From Williopsis jadinii (Eukaryota): a stretch of 64,000 nucleotides of DNA. Shown here piece by piece: positions 61,001-64,000 of the stretch. The first letter of the stretch is position 1. Every line of letters begins with the position of its first letter. A program made the position numbers and the translations under genes. Location: assembly GCA_024346625.1 (NCBI GenBank), contig AP024664.1:1054001-1118000 (forward strand), given 5' to 3'. The notes below the pieces were generated by a model. The model worked only from the letters and a program-made list of their open reading frames with translations. It was not told the origin of the DNA and did no database searches.

Positions 61001-64000
61001 TCTTCATAACTGTCGTCGAGCAATTAAGCCTGGTTTCCTACTGTCGATTATATGCAAACATTCCTATAAGTTGCTATGTATCACTAAGATCCAATGTATC
61101 CTTTAGCATGCCCATGCGTGTGCCTTTTAAGTAAAAGAAGCAAGTAGATATCGATGTCCTGGTGATCAATATGTTGTGTGACGTTTTAAGATTCGTATCG
61201 CTTTAGTCTCTGCTAAGCGGCACCATATATTATAGCCGGGTTTCATCATTCACCAGAAGTTACGTTCCACATCCCCGACCATTTTAACCTTCTTTTTAGA
61301 TAAATGGATCAGCAGCCAGATCGATCACCTATCGCTTGCTGCATTGATTTACATTCTTCGTTTATTCTAGATGTCTTATAAATCCATCCAGTGTAGTCTC
61401 AAAGCGGTATTTGGAAGTTACAAAGTATTTGTTGTCCATGCATTATAAGCATGCTTAAACATATAAACGAAAAAAAAAAGCAATTGATATGCATTGTACA
61501 GACCTTAGACTATTTGTGCATTCATACATGCAATTAACATGATTCCATTACTTGTGCACAGTGCGTAGCGAGATAATTCCCAGAGGCGATGAATATATTT
61601 ATGTCAGCATCAAAGCATTTCGTCATTCAAAGGTTTGCTCATTATACTTTGAATTAGGTCTGGTGAGCCATACAATTGTTTCGTAGAATTAACAAGATAA
61701 CCCTTGTCCAGGTGGTTTCGCTGTAGAACCTAGTCCACAATATCCTGAATACCTGAACCAATCAGCACATTCTTTATTGACCATCGTGTCACATATTGAG
61801 TTTGACTTTTCCTACAAGGGAATGGCTGTGTGATATGTAACATTTTCAGTTTTGCTCAGTTATAACATATGTGATTAAATTTAAAACACCCTTGATTATA
61901 TCTCATACTTCAAAACTGTTGTAGACGCTTGCATGAGTCATTCGTATTATTACTGGCCACATACTTTGGAAGAGATTATTAGGCGTTATACGTACCTGGT
62001 TTCACACACACAACATCCAAGCAAGATGGTGGGTTTGTGAGTCTGAGTATTGTCGCTGACAAATTATGATTTCTTTTGCCGAACACTAATCCGGGGCTTC
62101 AGAGTACCAATGTATATGTGCATACAAACTACGCATATATCTCAAGACTCAAAGAAAAAACCTATGTATACCTTTACATTTAGATTGAGGTGCATGTGCC
62201 TACATGATACAGGAGAGGACAGGGCCAGCTGCCGATGGAGGTTGCATTGGTTGACGGAATAAGTTGGAGCCGTCTATTGCTTCTTGTTAATAATAAATGA
62301 CAGTGTTGGCTCAGCCCTAAGGTAATGTCACTCTGATTCTGCTTACTCGAACGAAGCACATCCAAGACACAGCGCATAACCTATGGTGTAGAGCTTATAA
62401 CGAGCCTTCCAATTACATACACTGATATATACATGACCAACAAAGGCGTGAAACGTACGTATACGAGCACGCATTTTGCTTAGTCTCTCACATTCTACTC
62501 GAGGTCACAATAGTTTTGCAGCTAAATAGGAATGTCACCTAGATAGCATGACAGAATGCATTCGCCAAGGTTACATATATGTGATCGAAACAAAGAAACG
62601 CTTTAAAAGTTTCAAACTTTGCTATTGTTCGTATGTTCTGCTTCGGTGAATTGTCTCCTCTGGAGAAGGTCTAACATTAGTTGTATGATGCAAGAGCAAA
62701 GTCTAAATACCCCAAGTAAGACCTCTAAGAAGTTATACTAAATCTAAGGGGGTATTGCCAAACAGAATGGTTATAACAAAGCAGCCTAAATCATTGCTAT
62801 GACGATTCAAGAATCTCCTCTAAGATAAAGTGTGGGTAGTGTATGAACTATTATCCCAAGACAACAACATTATCGATACCACAAGCCCTCATCTGCATAG
62901 TGTATTAGAACTCTAACCCACACATATGTACTACACATCTCGACATCAATTGAACCAGCACTGAAATTTTCGAGTACACATATACAGCTCGTGCAAATGC
63001 TTGAGAACATTACTTGTCTGGTATGTACTACCATGTCGACCGGATCGCATTCCAGGAATAAAAACGTCTGTCGATTTTGTATGTTTGTAAGTATAACATT
63101 GCAGGGGCGATATTGGGTTAGCGACAAACCTTAACAGATATCTCTGATACATAAATTACAGCCAGCCGGTCTCAATACCAATTTGAGTTCCCGGAGTTTG
63201 ATGTTACTATAGTTGAGAATCCAAATATAGTGTATAAACTCAGTCTATGGCCTCATGTCATGCATCTGTAATTATCCCAAATGTCAGATTTAACTCCAAC
63301 AACAAATATTATCCAACGCCGGAAGCCCCGATAATCGCCTTGTAAGGTCTTCAAAACATTACATCTGGTTCAACTCTCGCATAAGGCGCAATAGATATCT
63401 CTATATTAAGACCCAGGACTATAATGTAAGAATCTCGGTTGGAGGTACTATCATGTGTTATTTACATATGCAAGCAGCTCATATGGAAGTTATGAGATTT
63501 AGCCATTCACGGGCACGAGGGTCCAAAGTGGGCTTAGGAGTCGTGGGAAAACTCGGCTTCCTGGGTGCATGGAAATTGGGGAAATTTTTGGTCCCAGACT
63601 GTGGAATGTTCTGTCGTTGCTTCTATCAATAACAGCACGAAAGTTCGTATGCTCTCGATATGAGGACCTAAATTTGGGCTGTGACCTCAAAAGTTTTTAC
63701 GACTGAGATAGCTAAGTTAATCTGCTCGGTTAGCTGGCGCGCTGAGCTAAATCGTTACGTCATTCTTTGTATACCAATGAACACGCCGATGTCACATCTA
63801 CAGATCTTCGGTCACTCTAACGCGCACTCAAACTGGCCTCACCAGTACTGCCAGTTGGACAATTAGGCCTTCATGACATTAGGCCCGTCAGATAGGTTGA
63901 AAAAAGTTCTACTTTCCTGCGAGTTTCAAGCTTAGTTCAGAGGCCAGAAACAGTTAACGATAAGGTCTACTGCGAAGCAGATTGAATCCGTGTACTTATA
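58100..64000. other. Gene-free, AT-richer region (candidate regional centromere)
   Basis: No ORF of 100 codons or more on either strand over 5.9 kb, running off the window edge; the longest intergenic gaps elsewhere in the window are under about 1.7 kb. Confidence 0.45.

Noticed and set aside
58100..64000. LTR retrotransposon remnants or a point centromere in the gene desert
   Set aside because: I found no paired TG..CA LTRs, primer-binding site, RT/integrase motifs or CDEI-CDEII-CDEIII arrangement by eye; highly decayed copies cannot be excluded without a search.

Overview
This is a gene-dense chromosome segment from a budding yeast (Saccharomycotina) using the standard genetic code. The Las1 sequence strongly resembles the Cyberlindnera jadinii protein as I remember it, so the species call is an inference. 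I can support about 25 protein-coding genes, in order: SNT1, VPS41, an ABC1/MCP2-like kinase, eIF3f, IFH1, GTB1, LAS1, PRP38, SMD1, TSC13, a HAD-IIA hydrolase, UTP13, COA4, SEC31, MCD1, a SAY1-like esterase, NAN1/UTP17, RPB10, MGM1, a Zn2Cys6 factor, YIP4, a COM2-like C2H2 factor, an EIS1-like protein, UTR2/CRH2 and one orphan ORF. The ORF track misses several features: COA4 (three introns), the spliced RPB10, an intron in the IFH1 leader, and three C/D snoRNAs. Those are snR190 inside an intron of a non-coding host, U14 downstream in the same unit, and a Pol III-type snR52 with A/B boxes. The most notable unexplained structures are a 67-codon AUG-less frame spliced in phase with IFH1, seven TTACRTAA copies in the NAN1/RPB10 promoter, a four-copy Rap1-like array upstream of MGM1, several hairpin-rich intergenic segments, and an AT-richer gene desert of at least 5.9 kb at the right end (candidate regional centromere). 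All homology calls come from recognising motifs by eye; no database searches were run.
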